Source of the DNA: the human T2T-CHM13v2.0 reference genome, Homo sapiens
Assembly: GCF_009914755.1 (NCBI RefSeq)
Contig: NC_060937.1
DNA: 64,000 bases
Direction: 5' to 3' (one strand)
The number at the start of each line of letters is the position of its first letter. The first letter of the stretch is position 1. A program made the position numbers and the translations under genes. Positions 16,761 through 32,047 of this stretch are shown in pieces. The notes below the pieces were generated by a model that was given only the letters and a program-made list of their open reading frames with translations, was not told the DNA's origin and searched no databases.

Positions 16761-19235
16761 AGTATAAGATAGATATATATATAACTATATATGCAGTTAT
16801 ATATAATATAGCATATAATAAATGAAACTGTTCAAAAGAAATACACTATTCAAGGTGGTCAAATGACTTAAATGAAACTGAGACCTTATCACCTGATCAT
16901 GTAGTGCTTAGATAAAAGATGTTGTGTTATGAAGAACAAAAACATCCTTAAAAAATTAAAAGTGTTAGAGTACATTAATTATATTCTAGGTTTTTACCCA
17001 AGTACACGAGATTCTTTAACATGCGGATTCTTTCTCCACCTTCAACCTCATTCAGAATGTTCTAACACTGAAAAAAATGTTGTCAAAGGATAAACATACA
17101 AGAATGCTATGGAGGAAGAATAGGATTCAGAGGTTCCTGAGAGAAGACAAAGGGCTGGTTTGTTGCTCTTTTACCTACTAGAAAAGATAATTAAGGCCAG
17201 GTGGGATGCATACAGTAAAAGAGGGCACCTGAACAAACAAGCATTGAATTTGGAGAATGCCTACGAGTCTGTGCTGGGCTACGTTCCCAAGACAGACTCA
17301 GAAGTTACCTGCCCTGCCAGGTACCTCCTAATCTACCCTCTCCAAAGGGAAGATTTTCTTCATGGCTGTAGGAAGCGCCTCTTGAAAGCTCCAAATCTTA
17401 TTTTTTTCTACATGATGAATTGGCACAGTACTAAGTTTGACTCATTATATTAAACAAGAAATTTTTGATGGTGGAATGGATCCAGAGTTCTTTGAAACTG
17501 TCCAAATGGTCCCGCATAAAGGAAACACTTCACAGTCGTTTCAGTGTACCTACAACTAAAAAATTGGTGTCAGTCTCTAGATTCAAGCTGATGGTTCCTG
17601 TGGGAGAATGCAAATTCAAGGTGAATTAGAAGATGTAATGTGAGATGCCATCTGTGAAATAAGAAATGGAACACTTTATTTAAATTCTTGGTTTCTTGTA
17701 GCCTTCTAATCAGAAATGTAAAAGAAAGGCTTGGCATAGCATTCTGGAATAATACTGTGACTCCTTTTGCCTTTCCATGTGATCTTATTCTTTTTGTGTT
17801 TATGGAACGTAGATAAGATGCTGAGTGCTGCATTCTGCATTTTTTGCCTCAGGCATTTAACAGAATGCCAGCTTTCCATGTGCATGGACCTGCACTCACT
17901 CAGTACCTACTACTTGGCAAGCCGAAGTCACCCACTGTGTACCCTTTCCCCTAATGAAGCTTCCATTATCCCACTTTAACACCTGTATTCTCAATTTACT
18001 GTCCCTATCAAAAGCTCTCAAGAAATGACCTGAAACCTTTACATAAATCTAGTAAAGCAAATTATCTCGTTGAAGGCTTTGGCTAGTGAATTAACAGTTG
18101 AGACTTCTGTGCTGTATGTGCCTGTGTTTGTTTCTAACATGATGAAAAGACTTCATGTCTGTCCTTTTCATGGGATGAGGATGGATTAACTCGGGAGGAA
18201 AGATTGTGACTTATTGATGGAACAATGGGCTATTCAAACACTCAAAAAAGAGTGGTTTCTTTTATGGAGGGGAGGAGGGTCCTAAAGGCTTGGCACTCTT
18301 CCTGATGAGCTGTCAAAAAGGAATAGAATGAAGGTGATGGTTTGGGTAGAGGGTGAGGTGAAAAGAAATGGAAAGTGGTGAACCTTACTCCGTTGATCCC
18401 CATGGGCTTAGGGAACAGAGATGCAGGTTCTGGATTCCAAGTGTTGTTGGATCCAGCTGTGAGGCAGGACCTCAAGGGGAACAGGGCTTAGGCTCTCTGA
18501 ATGGCAGGCACTGTAGCTTCAACCTTGGGAGGCTGAGCAAAGGGAATACATCTGAGGCCAGCTTCAGGTAAAGGAGGTGGCATTAATGTGAGGAACTTCA
18601 CTTCAAAATGTCCCACCATTCTAGGCAGAAAGAGGAACAAGTAAGATTGACTTTCACAGTGAGGAACAATATCAGACAGCAAAGTGATTAACAGCAGCAA
18701 TGTGGGGCCACCATGAGGCCAGAGGACTTAGTTGGAAGTGTTTAATATAAAATGATTAATTTTATGTACGTGAATTTCTTCTCACTGGAGGAAACAAAAC
18801 AGAACAAAACAAAAATCTTAGCAGTGAGGGCTCAACCCTGTTCAGGAGCTAGAAGCCTGGCAAACATCTGGTTGGAACTGTCAAAGAAAACCACTGGTCC
18901 TCAAATTACCCAAGGGAAGGGGAGGGAACACCAGAGACCAAGAACTAACAGTGGGAGCAAAAGCTAGTTCTGACTCAGGTTTAATTGGAAAAAATAAAGT
19001 GTAATGTTTACTTGACCCTCAAGTATTGTTCCAATGCGTATTCATAGTCCCATAAACAACACAGATGGCCCTCTGCTTCCCACAAATACAAAGCCTACAG
19101 AAATACAAAGTTTCAGTGGCATTCCAGCCCCTCTACATGAAGCTCCCTGCCATCTTCCAGCCACCTGGTGTCATTGCAATTTCCTTATCTGCTCCCTAGA
19201 AACAGTAGAAAGATGCTAGTCTGGAATTTCTTAAA

Positions 19236-19544
<309 letters not shown>

Positions 19545-20243
19545 TAAAATTTTTTATTGATATGTAATAGTTGTGCATATTTGGGGGGTACATGTGATAT
19601 TTTGATATATGTATATAGTGTGTAATGATCAAGTTAGGGTATTTGGGCTACCCATCACCTCAAACATTTTTCTTTGTGTTGGGAACATTATAAATCTTCT
19701 AGCTATTTTGAAACATAAAATTATTGTTAACTATAATTTTCCTGCTATACTATCAAATACTAGAAGTTATTCCTTCTTTCTAACTGTATTTTTATACCCC
19801 TTAACCAACTTGTCAGTTCTTCCTACCCTATCCCATCCCAGCCTCTGGTAATCATCATTCTACTCTACCTCCAACAGATCCATTTTTTTAGCTCCCACGT
19901 ATGAGTGAAAACATGAGATATTTGTCTTTCTGTGCTTGATTTATTTCACTTAACACAATGACCTCTGGTTTTATCCAGCCAGGTTGCTGCAAATAACAGG
20001 ATTTCATTCTTTTTATGGCTGAATGATATTCCATTGTGTATATATACATTGTCTGTATCCATTAATCTGTTGATGGATATCTATTGATTCCATATCTCAG
20101 CTGTCGTGAATAGTGAAACAATAAACATGGGAACACACATTTCAAAATACTGATTTCCTTTTTGTATATCCAGCAGTGGGATTGCTGGATCATGTGACAG
20201 TTCTGCTTTTTAGCTTTTTGAGGAGCCTCCCTACTGTTTTCCA
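19545..20243 (-). mobile_element. L1MA-like 3' fragment
   Basis: Reverse L1 3' UTR/ORF2 end motifs (ttagctcccacgtatgagtga, ggatttcattctttttatggctgaat, cagcagtgggattgctggatcat). Confidence 0.85.
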
Positions 20244-20611
20244 ATTTTTAATGGGTCCCCTGTGTGGAGAAGAAGAGCTTTTGAACAACAGACCTATTGT
20301 ATAACTCTCTCGACCTCTCATTTCTCCCCTACCCAGGGGATATTATGTCTTTCTGCACCACATAAATATTTTATATCTCAGTAAGAAAAAACTTATTTTG
20401 CATGTTATCAAACAGTTATCACTTTGTCATTTCTTGGCCTGATATATTCATTCATTTCCCAACAAATATTCAACAAATACATCAGGCACTGTGCTTAGTT
20501 CTAGGAATACAAAGATGAGGTTGTGGACCCAAAAAAGTTCTCCAGCTTGGAAAGAAACCAGTTTCTTGGAGAACCAGTTCCCCAAGATGGAACGCTTACC
20601 TTCAGTTGTGA

Positions 20612-21328
<717 letters not shown>

Positions 21329-21352
21329 AGAACAGGTAAGAATATAAGTGAT

Positions 21353-21657
21353 GGTGGGGTGCAGCACCTCACGCCTGTAATCCCAGCACTTTGGGAGGCC
21401 AAGGCAGGCGGATCACAAGGTCAGGAGATCGAGACCATCCTGGCTAACAAGGTGAAACCCCGTCTGTACTAAAAATACAAAACATTAGCTGGGAATGGTG
21501 GTGGGCACCTGTAGTCCCAGCTACTTGGGAGGCTGAGGCAGAAGAATGGCCTGAACCTAGGAGGCGGAGCTTGCAGTGAGCCGAGATCACACGCCACTGC
21601 ACTCCAGCCTGGGCGACAGGGCAAGACTCTGTCTCAAAAAAAAAAAAAAAAAAAAAA
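21353..21657 (+). mobile_element. Alu (AluY-like)
   Basis: gagatcgagaccatcctggctaac and ggcggagcttgcagtgagc diagnostics; TSD agaatataagtga. Confidence 0.95.
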
Positions 21658-23310
21658 GAGAATATAAGTGACTTCAGGATGTTTTGAAGACCTATTCAAA
21701 ACTCATCAATACAATATTGTTTACTTCAACTATTGAATAATTCAAAGTAATTTATAATCAGCCATTATGGTGCCATATGCCTTTTTCACAGACACAGTGG
21801 CTAAAAGACTATACAGTCTGAAGTGGGATCATTCAAATTCTTTTTTCCAGTTCATTGCATCTCTAACTGTGAAGCATACAGTGACCAAAACAGAATGTCA
21901 TGGGAGAGGGGATTCAGCCAAAACAGGAGAACAAGCAGCATATGGGTCAAAACTTCAGAAAGCCTACATATAGGCATGTGAACATATTTTGTCCTCTTAC
22001 AACATAGGTACCAAAGAAGGGAAGAAAATACATAGGACTGGATTCAGAACAATATGAGAAAAACAAAGGCCAGAACTTCCATTTCTCAAAGAGATAAAGC
22101 CTGGATGAGCAAAGGTGACTGTGTTTGCTAACAGACAACGACATCACCTAGGGAAATGCTGAATACTTCTCAAATTAATCTCTGGTTGCATATAAATATT
22201 CTTCTGTTGACGAGTGGATTAATAGATAATTTATTTTGAAAAATAGAAGCATAATGGTATATCTTAATTTAAATTCTATTATTTCTGTGATGTAATTTCA
22301 ATTCACTTCCTGCAGTTTTGCTCTTTTCTTTAGTGATGTTTAACATACTTGTCATGAGAGGGTAATACTTTCTTTTAGGTTCAGTACTTGGACAATGGTA
22401 ATTAGAGGATGTGGAAACTTACCTGACACAGTAAAGTGCATTCTGGAATGTAAATTTCCCTTTCTCCATGGCATTCTGTTTTCAACTTAACTATTGCTTA
22501 TGTATGCTGATTTTACCAGACCCTAGAGTTAATGGGGAAGAATGTTGTAATCTCAGACTTAGCTTGGACAAAAAAAAATTTTTCATCTACTGTATTGGTT
22601 GGCCAAAGGTTTTTACCTTGAATTTTCTGCATTTAGGTTATCTTTTGTGTACTTATAGTTCCTCCATTATTTTTAGAATATTTGGAATATCGTTGGTTAC
22701 AATAAATAGGTCTACCAGTATGCTGGAACATGCGAGAGTTACAGACGATAATAGTAAGAATGTTGTTTTCTAATTGTGTAGCACACTAGACATTCATATG
22801 CATTGTCTTATTTATCAAACTAAGCATATGAGTCAGATAGTACTACTATTTCCAATTTGCAAATAAAAAAACCTGAGACTCTCAGAGGTTATGTAATTTA
22901 CTATGAAACATGTTTATAAGTGGCAGAGTTGGGTTCATACCAATACTGGATTTTGACTTCAAATCCAGCATTGATTACATTTTTTTCCTCAAAAGTTACT
23001 ACTTTTTGTATTTCCCTGAGGCAGTCTAGCGTTTTTGCAATCTAGAGAACTGGATTTGAATCTTAGTTCCTCCAGCTACTAGACACATGGCTTGAAAAAG
23101 GTGTTTGAGCTCTCAAAGCCTCACTGTTCTGAAGCCATAATGTCCACATGATGGTGGACTAAACTTTACCTTTTAAGATGTTGTGAAGTCCAAATCAAAG
23201 TTATATTCAAGCATGCAGTTACCACTCAATAAATTATAGTTATTTTTCTTATTATTCTCAGAACAATTCTTAAGGAGACATGTTTTTTAATTGTGGTAAA
23301 ATATACATAA

Positions 23311-23578
23311 TTTTTCACCCAGGCTGGAGTACAATGGCGTTTTCTCGACTCACTGTAACCTCGACCTCCTGGAGTTAATCCATCCTCCCTCTTTAGCCTC
23401 CCAAATAGCTGGAACTACAGACATGCACCACCATGCCCAGCTATTTTTTTGTATTTTTTTTAGACATGGTGTTTCACCATGTTACTTAGGCTGGTCTGGA
23501 ACTCCTAGACTCAAATGATCCACCTGCTTCAGCCTCCTAAAGTGCTGGGATTACAGGCATGAGCCACCGTGCCTGGCC
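23311..23578 (-). mobile_element. Alu (AluJ-like), tail end truncated
   Basis: Reverse Alu with J-type catcctccctctttagcctccc. Confidence 0.9.
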
Positions 23579-23589
23579 TCATCTTGACC

Positions 23590-23885
<296 letters not shown>

Positions 23886-24626
23886 CAACCATTTTTAAGT
23901 GTACAGTTCAGTAGTGTTAAGTATATTCACATTGTTTTGCAAACAATCTCCACAACTCTTTATCTTGCAAAACTGAAACTTTTTACCCATTTAAGCCCCC
24001 CATTGCCTCCTGCCTCCTAGTCCATGGCAACCATGGTTTCTGTTTTCTGTGTCTACAAATTTACCTATTCTGGATACCACATATAAGTGGAATCATACCA
24101 GATTTGTCTTTTTGTGACTGGCCCATTCATTTAGCATAATGTCCTCAAGGTTTATTCTTTATTCATGTTGTAGCATGTGTCAGAATTTCCTTCCCTTTTA
24201 AGGATAATACCACATCTTGTTTATTCAGGAACATTTGGGTTTTTTCTACCTATTGGCTATTTTGAATAATGTTTCTATGAACATGGGTGTCTAAATATCT
24301 CTCCAAGACCCGACTTAATTCTTTGGGGGTACATACCCAGAAGTGGAATTACTGAATCATCTAAGTCATTCTGTTTTTAATATTTACTGCCATGTTGTTT
24401 TCCATAGTGGCTGCACCATTTTACATTCCCACCAACAATGCATAAGAGTCCACATTTCTCTACATCCTCTTTTTTCTATGTGTTTGTTTGTTTGTTTGTT
24501 TTTAATGTACCCATCCTAACAGATGTGATTAAGGAGATACTTTAAGAATTGACATATGTAATTTCCACTCTTTTAACCCTCAAGCCTAAGATGGTCTATC
24601 TGACCTAATTCTTCAACCTCTTTTCG

Positions 24627-24966
<340 letters not shown>

Positions 24967-25175
24967 TAGCAAAAAATATCCTGTAACCATGGTGAGCCTT
25001 CAAGGCATGGTATTTCTGTTTGGTCCTTCTCAGAACACCTAGCAGCAAATTTTGTATCCATTTACACACTGAGGGTCAATCTTTCTCTTTTTCCATTTCT
25101 TTCACAGAATAAATATTTTCTGTTTATAGTTCAATTTAATTGACAGGCATAGTTAGGGGAATTTTCAAGTAATAA

Positions 25176-25778
25176 TGTGTCTGGGGTTGGTTCCTTCTGG
25201 TGGGTTCTTGGTCTTGCTGACTTCAAGAATGAAACCACGGACCTTCGCGGTCCGTGTTACATCTCTGAAAGGTGGCACAGATGCAAAGAGGGAGCAGCAG
25301 CAAGATTTATTGTGAAGAATGAAAGAACAAAAATTCCACAGCTTGGAAGGGGACCCGAGCCGGTTGCTGGTTGGGGTGGCCAGCTTTTATTCCCTTATTT
25401 GTCCCTGCCCATGTCCTGCTGATTGGTCCATTTTACAGAGTGCTGATTGGTCCATTTTACAGAGCACTGATTGGTCCATTTTACAAACCTCTAGCTAGCC
25501 ACAGACCGCTGATTGGTGCATTTTACAATCCTAGCTACAGAGTGCTGATTGGTGCATTTTACAAACCTCTAGCTAGCCACAGAGTGCTGATTGGTGCATT
25601 TAACAGAGCACTGATTGTTGCGTTTTACAAACCTCTAGCTAGCCACAGAGCACTGATTGGTGCGTTTTACAGTCCTAGCTACAGAGTGCTGATTGGCGCA
25701 TTTTACAATCCTCTTGTGAGACAGAAAAGTTCTCCAAGTCCCTGCCCAACCCAGAAGTCCAGCTGGCTTCACCTCTCA
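25176..25778 (-). mobile_element. LTR12F-like (ERV9/HERV9) solo LTR
   Basis: Minus strand begins tgagaggtgaagccagctggacttct and ends in CA; tandem gctgattggtgcattttacaa units; 4-bp TSD ATAA (25172-25175 / 25779-25782). Confidence 0.9.
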
Positions 25779-26044
25779 ATAAGTCAAATGTCAATTTTAG
25801 TTTTCCGGAACGATAATTAAGAATTTCTCACCCTATCTTCTGTGTCTGTTAATCTCATTCTTATTTTTCTTCTCTCTGTGGTGCATTTTGGACAATTTCT
25901 TCAGATAGGCTTTCAGTTCGCCAATTCATTCTTTCAGCTGTGTTGCATTTGTTATTAAATTTGTCCACTTAATTTCTAGTTTCAATTGTTAAATTTTATT
26001 TCTAGAAGTTTGTTTCTTTCCTAACATATTTGGATATTTTATAA

Positions 26045-26386
<342 letters not shown>

Positions 26387-28044
26387 CGTTTTTAATTCCT
26401 TTAAACATAGTAAGTACAGTTATTTTAGAGTCTGTATGTAGTAATTCCATTATCCAGAATCCTTGAGGGTTCTATTTCTGCAGTCTATTGTTTCTGCTAA
26501 TTGTTCCTTATGGTGCCTTGTTTCCATGTGTGTTTAACTAGTTAGTTTTTTAGTGTGAACTACATATATATATCTCTTTTTTGGGGGGGTAGGGGAACTT
26601 TATGTGTGTGAATTATTTAAGCCTAGGACAAAGATATATTACTCCAGAGCCATTTTGCATTTGTTTGTACTAGCAGGACTGCCTAAAGGCACTACCAGTC
26701 AAGAACCACTCAAAATCAAATTTGGGACCTGAGATACTTTGGACTACCTAAGTAGCGTGAATTTGAGCTCCAAACTAACATGAGGACTGGCTTATGAGTC
26801 CAAATTATCAGCAATGATTCTTTCTCTCTCTGCTCATCAACTAGATTTGAAACTCTTTTTTTTTTAATCTGCTGTAAGTGTGGGGGTGGGTGTCATTTTC
26901 TACTTACACCGAGGGTGTAGCCCTTTGCAGTCTTAACTTTATGCTAGAGAGGAAATTTTATTAGATGACTCTCCACCTGGAGGCAATCTCTAGGTTTTTT
27001 ACCTGCACACTGTGTGGTCTTGACAATCAAAGCTAAAGTTCCTGCAGTTGAGCAAATGCCCCCAGAGAGAAAGTCAGCTGCAGTGCTCCACTTCACTCTG
27101 AGTTCTTTCATTCAGGTATTAGGCCTAAGAACTATTTACTCTCTTAAAATTCATCAGTGCATTTAAGATACTTTAAATATTTTATCCAGAATGCTAAATT
27201 GTTTCCAATGGGAGGGTCAGTTTATATACCTATTCTCCATATTACCAGAAGCAAAGTCCCTCCCCATATTTTTACCAATTCCATCTTTTGTTTCCAATTT
27301 GGTGAAGTTTGGTAGAATTGGCAATGAGTAGGGGAAAAATTTGATCCAATAAAAATCAGGAAAATATGGTTAAGCAAACAACTAAGTTATTCCTTTTAAA
27401 ACATATACTTCCTGTGCACCTGAGCTAGCTCTATAATCGCTGTACAATAACAGGGTGACCTCACTGCCCTCGCTCAGAGGGTAGCTTCAGGCTGATTTCA
27501 TACATATTCACACTGTGCAAGCCACTGTCACTCCATAAAGTGTTTAGGACCCTGGACCTCTGGCTTGGCAGTGTCCAAAACTGCTAAATGTTGGATTGAG
27601 GGATGCTCACACTGGAAGAGCAGATGGAAAGTGGATAGGGATGGGAGACCTGGTGACTGTGGGGTGGTAAGTAGAATCTTTGAGACAGACTGAAACATTA
27701 TCCCAGAAAAGAAGTTCCAGAGGCAAAGGGCCAGCAGGTGTCCTCACTAGAAAAGAGCAAGAAAGATAAATCTTGCTGAATTAATCTTCCCTACTGTTCC
27801 TGGCTGTTCTTGACAGATCTTTTCACCTGGACCCTCCTGCCCTCAACCATGACTTCCCCCTACCTAGACTCAGCTTTATCCGCTCTGATCCTTCTCTGCT
27901 TTCCTTCCCTGGTCAGCTATTGTTTATCAAGCAGAAAAGTCTCTTTATAAGTAGGCCTGCAGATCTTCCTCTGTGGAGCAGTTTTCAGAGCCTTTGGAGT
28001 GAGACAGACATGAGGCAATAGTTCCAGGATTTAAAAAAAAAGAA

Positions 28045-28359
28045 GGCTGGGTGTGATGGCTCACGCCTGTAATCCCAGCACTTTGGGAGGCCAAGGTGGG
28101 CGGATCATGAGGTCAGGAGGTCGAGACCACCCTAACCAACTTGGTGAAACTCCGTCTGTACTAAAAATAAAAAAATTAGGCGGGCATGGTGGCGCGCACC
28201 TGTAATCGCAGCTACTCAGGAGGCTGAGGCAGGAGAATCACTTGAACCCAGGAGACAGAGGTTGCAGTGAGCCGAGATCGTGCCACTGCACTTCAGCCTG
28301 GGAGACAGAGTGAGACTCCATCTCAAAAAAAAAAAAAAAAAAAAAGAAAAAGAAAAAAA
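28045..28359 (+). mobile_element. Alu (AluS-like)
   Basis: Full dimer with long A tail. Confidence 0.95.
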
Positions 28360-29419
28360 TCCTGGAGCAGTTAAATGTTTAGAAAAGTATAAGGATGGAC
28401 AAAGAATTTATTCACTTTTTAGTTTTCTAAGTAAGAACATTAAAAAAAAAAACAACCTTACTGCATATCAACTTCTAATGTTGTATCAGTTTGCTACGTA
28501 AGGGACCACCCCTAAAGCAGCACCACCTCCTGTGGGCCCTTCTGTCTGGGCCTGCTCACCTGGAGCCTGACAGTTCAGATACTCTCACTCACACATTTGG
28601 ACCCTCAGTTTGGGCAGCCAGGTTGGCTGGGGCCTCTCTTCAGAGGGTCTCTGATCTCAAGAGGCCAACCAGGGCTTGTTCACATAATGGTCAAGGGTTC
28701 CCAGTGGCAAGAGAGAAAATTTCAGGGCACAAGCCCTTTTCAAGTCCTTACCTCACCTTTGCTAATGTTGCATTGTCAAAGCAAGTAACACAGGCTAGCC
28801 TAGATTCAATAGGTAAATAAATAGATTCCTCCTCTTGACAAAAGGAGCTACTACGTCACATTGCAAAGGGACACACAAACAGGAACAAATTTGTGACCAT
28901 TTGTGCTGCAGCCTACTACAACCATAATTGTCATTTCATAGAAAAAGATCATCTTACCATGGAAAGTTAGAAAAAAAGTTCTTCAAATGTAAAATATTTA
29001 GCTTTACATATATATATTTATATATAAATATAATATTTATATAAACTCACAGCATTTTCCTTATTTTATTTTATTTTTCTTAATACCCTGGACTGGTGAA
29101 AACTTTATTCTTAGCAGCACTGTTCCAGAGAATGGTGTTTGGAACTATGTTAAGAAATGGAATCTGGCAGCATTGCCTAGGATTAGAGAAAAGGGTGGGG
29201 AGACTGAAGGAGGGAAGCCAGATAAGAATGCAGATAAAGATAATGAGAGCAGGAAGTAGGTGAGTGGCCACTGGAATAACCAGAAAGGAGGGAAATGTGA
29301 TAACTAGCTCAGAGTAGCCCTTTAGTACCAGGATAGGATGGGGTGTGTGCCTGTGTGTGTGTGCGTGCGCGTATGCGCGTGTGTTTGAAAGGATGGAGTC
29401 CTGATTCTGGGGCTTTCGT

Positions 29420-30352
29420 TTTCTATTATTGGTGACAAATCACCACTAATTTAGCCACTTAAAACAACATCCACTTGTTATCTCAGTTTTCTTTGGATCA
29501 GGAACCCAGGCATGGGTTAAAACTTGATCCTCTGCTCAAGGTCCCACAAGGCCAAAATGAAGGTTTTGATCCAGATGGGCTTTTACCTGGAGGCTACGGG
29601 GAAGAATCCATTTCCAGACTCTTTCAGGGTGTTGGAGGAATCCATATCCTTACAGTTGTGGGACTGAGGTCCCTCTTTCTTTGTTGGCTGTCAGCTTGTC
29701 TTAGTGTGCTCAAGTGCCATAACAAAATACCACAGGCTGGTTTAAACAACAGGCATTTATTTTTTCACAGTTCTGGAGACTGGAAGTCTATGATCAAGGT
29801 GCCTGCATGGTCACATTATCATGAGGATGCTCTTCTGGCTTATAGATGCCTTCTGGCTGTGTCCTCACATTGGAGGGGTTGGGGGAGCAAGAGAGCTGTC
29901 TGGTATCTCTTCTAAGGGAACTAATCCCACCAAACCAGGATCCCAAACTCATGACCTCATCCTACCCTAATTGCCTCCCAAAGGCTCCATCTGACAATAT
30001 CATCACATTGGAGGTTAGGGTTTCAACATATAAATTAGGAGAGGAGGGACACAAATATTCAGTCATAGGACAGCTCCTGGGGCTGCCTGCCTTTCTTCCA
30101 TGTGGCCCCTCCACCTTTAAGCCAGCAGTGACCCTAATGCTTCAGGTCCCTCTGTTTCCTTCTTCTGCCACCAACCAGAGAAAGCTCTCTACCTTTAAGG
30201 GCTTATGTGATTAGATGACACCCACCTGGACACTCTCCGTATTTTAAGATCATTTCTGCTGTCTAAAATGATCCTGGGATGATATTTCATCATATTCCAG
30301 GGATTAGAGCAGGACATGTTTGGGGAGCAGCTTTATAATTTCTGCCTACTGC
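29420..30352 (-). mobile_element. Nested MLT1-family LTRs (outer element split by an inner LTR at about 29697-30068)
   Basis: Two MaLR reverse starts: acaaatcaccactaatttagccacttaaaacaac and tgtcttagtgtgctcaagtgccataacaaaataccacaggctgg. Confidence 0.6.
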
Positions 30353-30375
30353 ATCATTTCTTATCAAGAGAAAGT

Positions 30376-32047
30376 CCCTCTCCCTCTTCCTCTCCCTCTC
30401 CCTCTCCCTCTCCCCCTCCCCCTCCCCTCCTCCTCCCCCTCCCCCTCTCCCGTCTCCCTCTCCCTCTCCAGTCTCCCTCTCCCCAGTCTCCCTCTGATGC
30501 CGAGCCGAAGCTGGACTGTACTGCTGCCATCTCGGCTCACTGCAACCTCCCTGCCTGATTCTCCTGCCTCAGCCTGCTGAGTGCCTGCGATTACAGGCGC
30601 GTGCCGCCACGCCTGACTGGTTTTCGTATTTTTTTGGTGGAGATGGGGTTTCGCTGTGTTGGCCGGGCTGGTCTCCAGCTCCTAACCACAAGTGATCCGC
30701 CAGCCTCGGCCTCCCGAGGTGCTGGGATTGCAGACGGAGTCTGGTTCACTCAGTGCTCAATGGTGCCCAGGCTGGAGTGCAGTGGCGTGATCTCGGCTCG
30801 CTACAACCTCCACCTCCCAGCCGCCTGCCTTGGCCTCCCAAAGTGCCGAGATTGCAGCCTCTGCCCAGCCGCCACCCCGTCTGGGAAGTGAGGAGCATCT
30901 CTGCACGGCCGCCATCCCATCTAGGAAGTGAGGAGCGCCTCTTCCCGGCCGCCATCACATCTAGGAAGTGAGGAGCGTCTCTGCCCGGCCGCCCATCGTC
31001 TGAGATGTGGGGAGCGCCTCTGCCCCGCCGCCCCGTCTGGGATGTGAGGAGCGCCTCTGCCCGGCCTCGACCCCGTCTGGGAGGTGAAGAGCGTCTCTGC
31101 CCGGCCGCCCCGTCTGAGAAGTGAGGAGACCCTCCGCCCGGCAGCCACCCCGTTCGGGAGGGAGGTGGGGGGGTCAGCCCCCCGCCCGGCCAGCCGCCCC
31201 ATCCGGGAGGCGAGGGGCGCCTCTGCCCGGCCGCCCCTACTGGGAAGTGAGGAGCCTCTCCGCCCGGCAGCCACCCCGTCTGGGAAGTGAGGAGCGTCTC
31301 CGCCCAGCAGCCACCCCGTCCGGGAGGGAGGTGGGGGGGTCAGCCCCCCGCCCGGCCAGCTGCCCGGTCTGGGAGGGAGGTGGGGGGGTCAGCCTCCCGC
31401 CCGGCCAGCCGCCCCGTCCGGGAGGTGAGGGGTGCCTCTGCCCGGCCACCCCTTCTGGGAAGTGAGGAGCCCCTCTGCCCGGCCACCACCCCGTCTGGGA
31501 GGTGTACCCAACAGCTCATTGAGAACGGGCCAGGATGACAATGGCGGTTTTGTGGAATAGAAAGGGGGGAAAGGTGGGGAAAAGATTGAGAAATCGGATG
31601 GTTGCCCTGTCTGTGTAGAAAGAAGTAGACATGGGAAACTTTTCGTTTTGTTCTGTACTAAGAAAAATTCTTCTGCCTTGGGATCCTGTTGATCTGTGGC
31701 CTTACCCCCAACCCTGTGCTCTCTGAAACATGTGCTGTGTCCACTCAGGGTTAAACGGATTAAGGGCGGTGCAAGATGTGCTTTGTTAAACAGATGCTTG
31801 AAGGCAGCATGCTCGTTAAGAGTCATCACCACTCCCTAATCTCAAGTACCCAGGGACACAAACACTGCGGAAGGCCGCAGGGTCCTCTGCCTAGGAAAAC
31901 CAGAGACCTTTGTTCACTTGTTAATCTGCTGACCTTCCCTCCACTATTGTCCTATGACCCTGCCAAATCCCCCTCTGCGAGAAACACCCAAGAATGATCA
32001 ATTAAAAAAAAAAAAAAAAAGAAGAGACAGGGTCTCAAAAAAAAAAA
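30376..32047 (+). mobile_element. Full-length SVA retrotransposon with short 3' extension
   Basis: (CCCTCT)n ~30376-30495, Alu-like domain, GC-rich VNTR ~30860-31500, SINE-R to ~32003, A17, 16-nt tag, A11; TSD agagaaagt (30367-30375 / 32049-32057). Confidence 0.97.

Noticed and set aside
25371-25820. 149-aa repetitive ORF (LIGAFY repeats) and CRISPR-like periodicity
   Set aside because: Translation of LTR12 CCAAT tandem units; no unique spacers, no cas genes, and the context is eukaryotic.
30316-31997. Many Pro/Arg/Gly-rich ORFs
   Set aside because: All arise from SVA hexamer, VNTR and SINE-R sequence.
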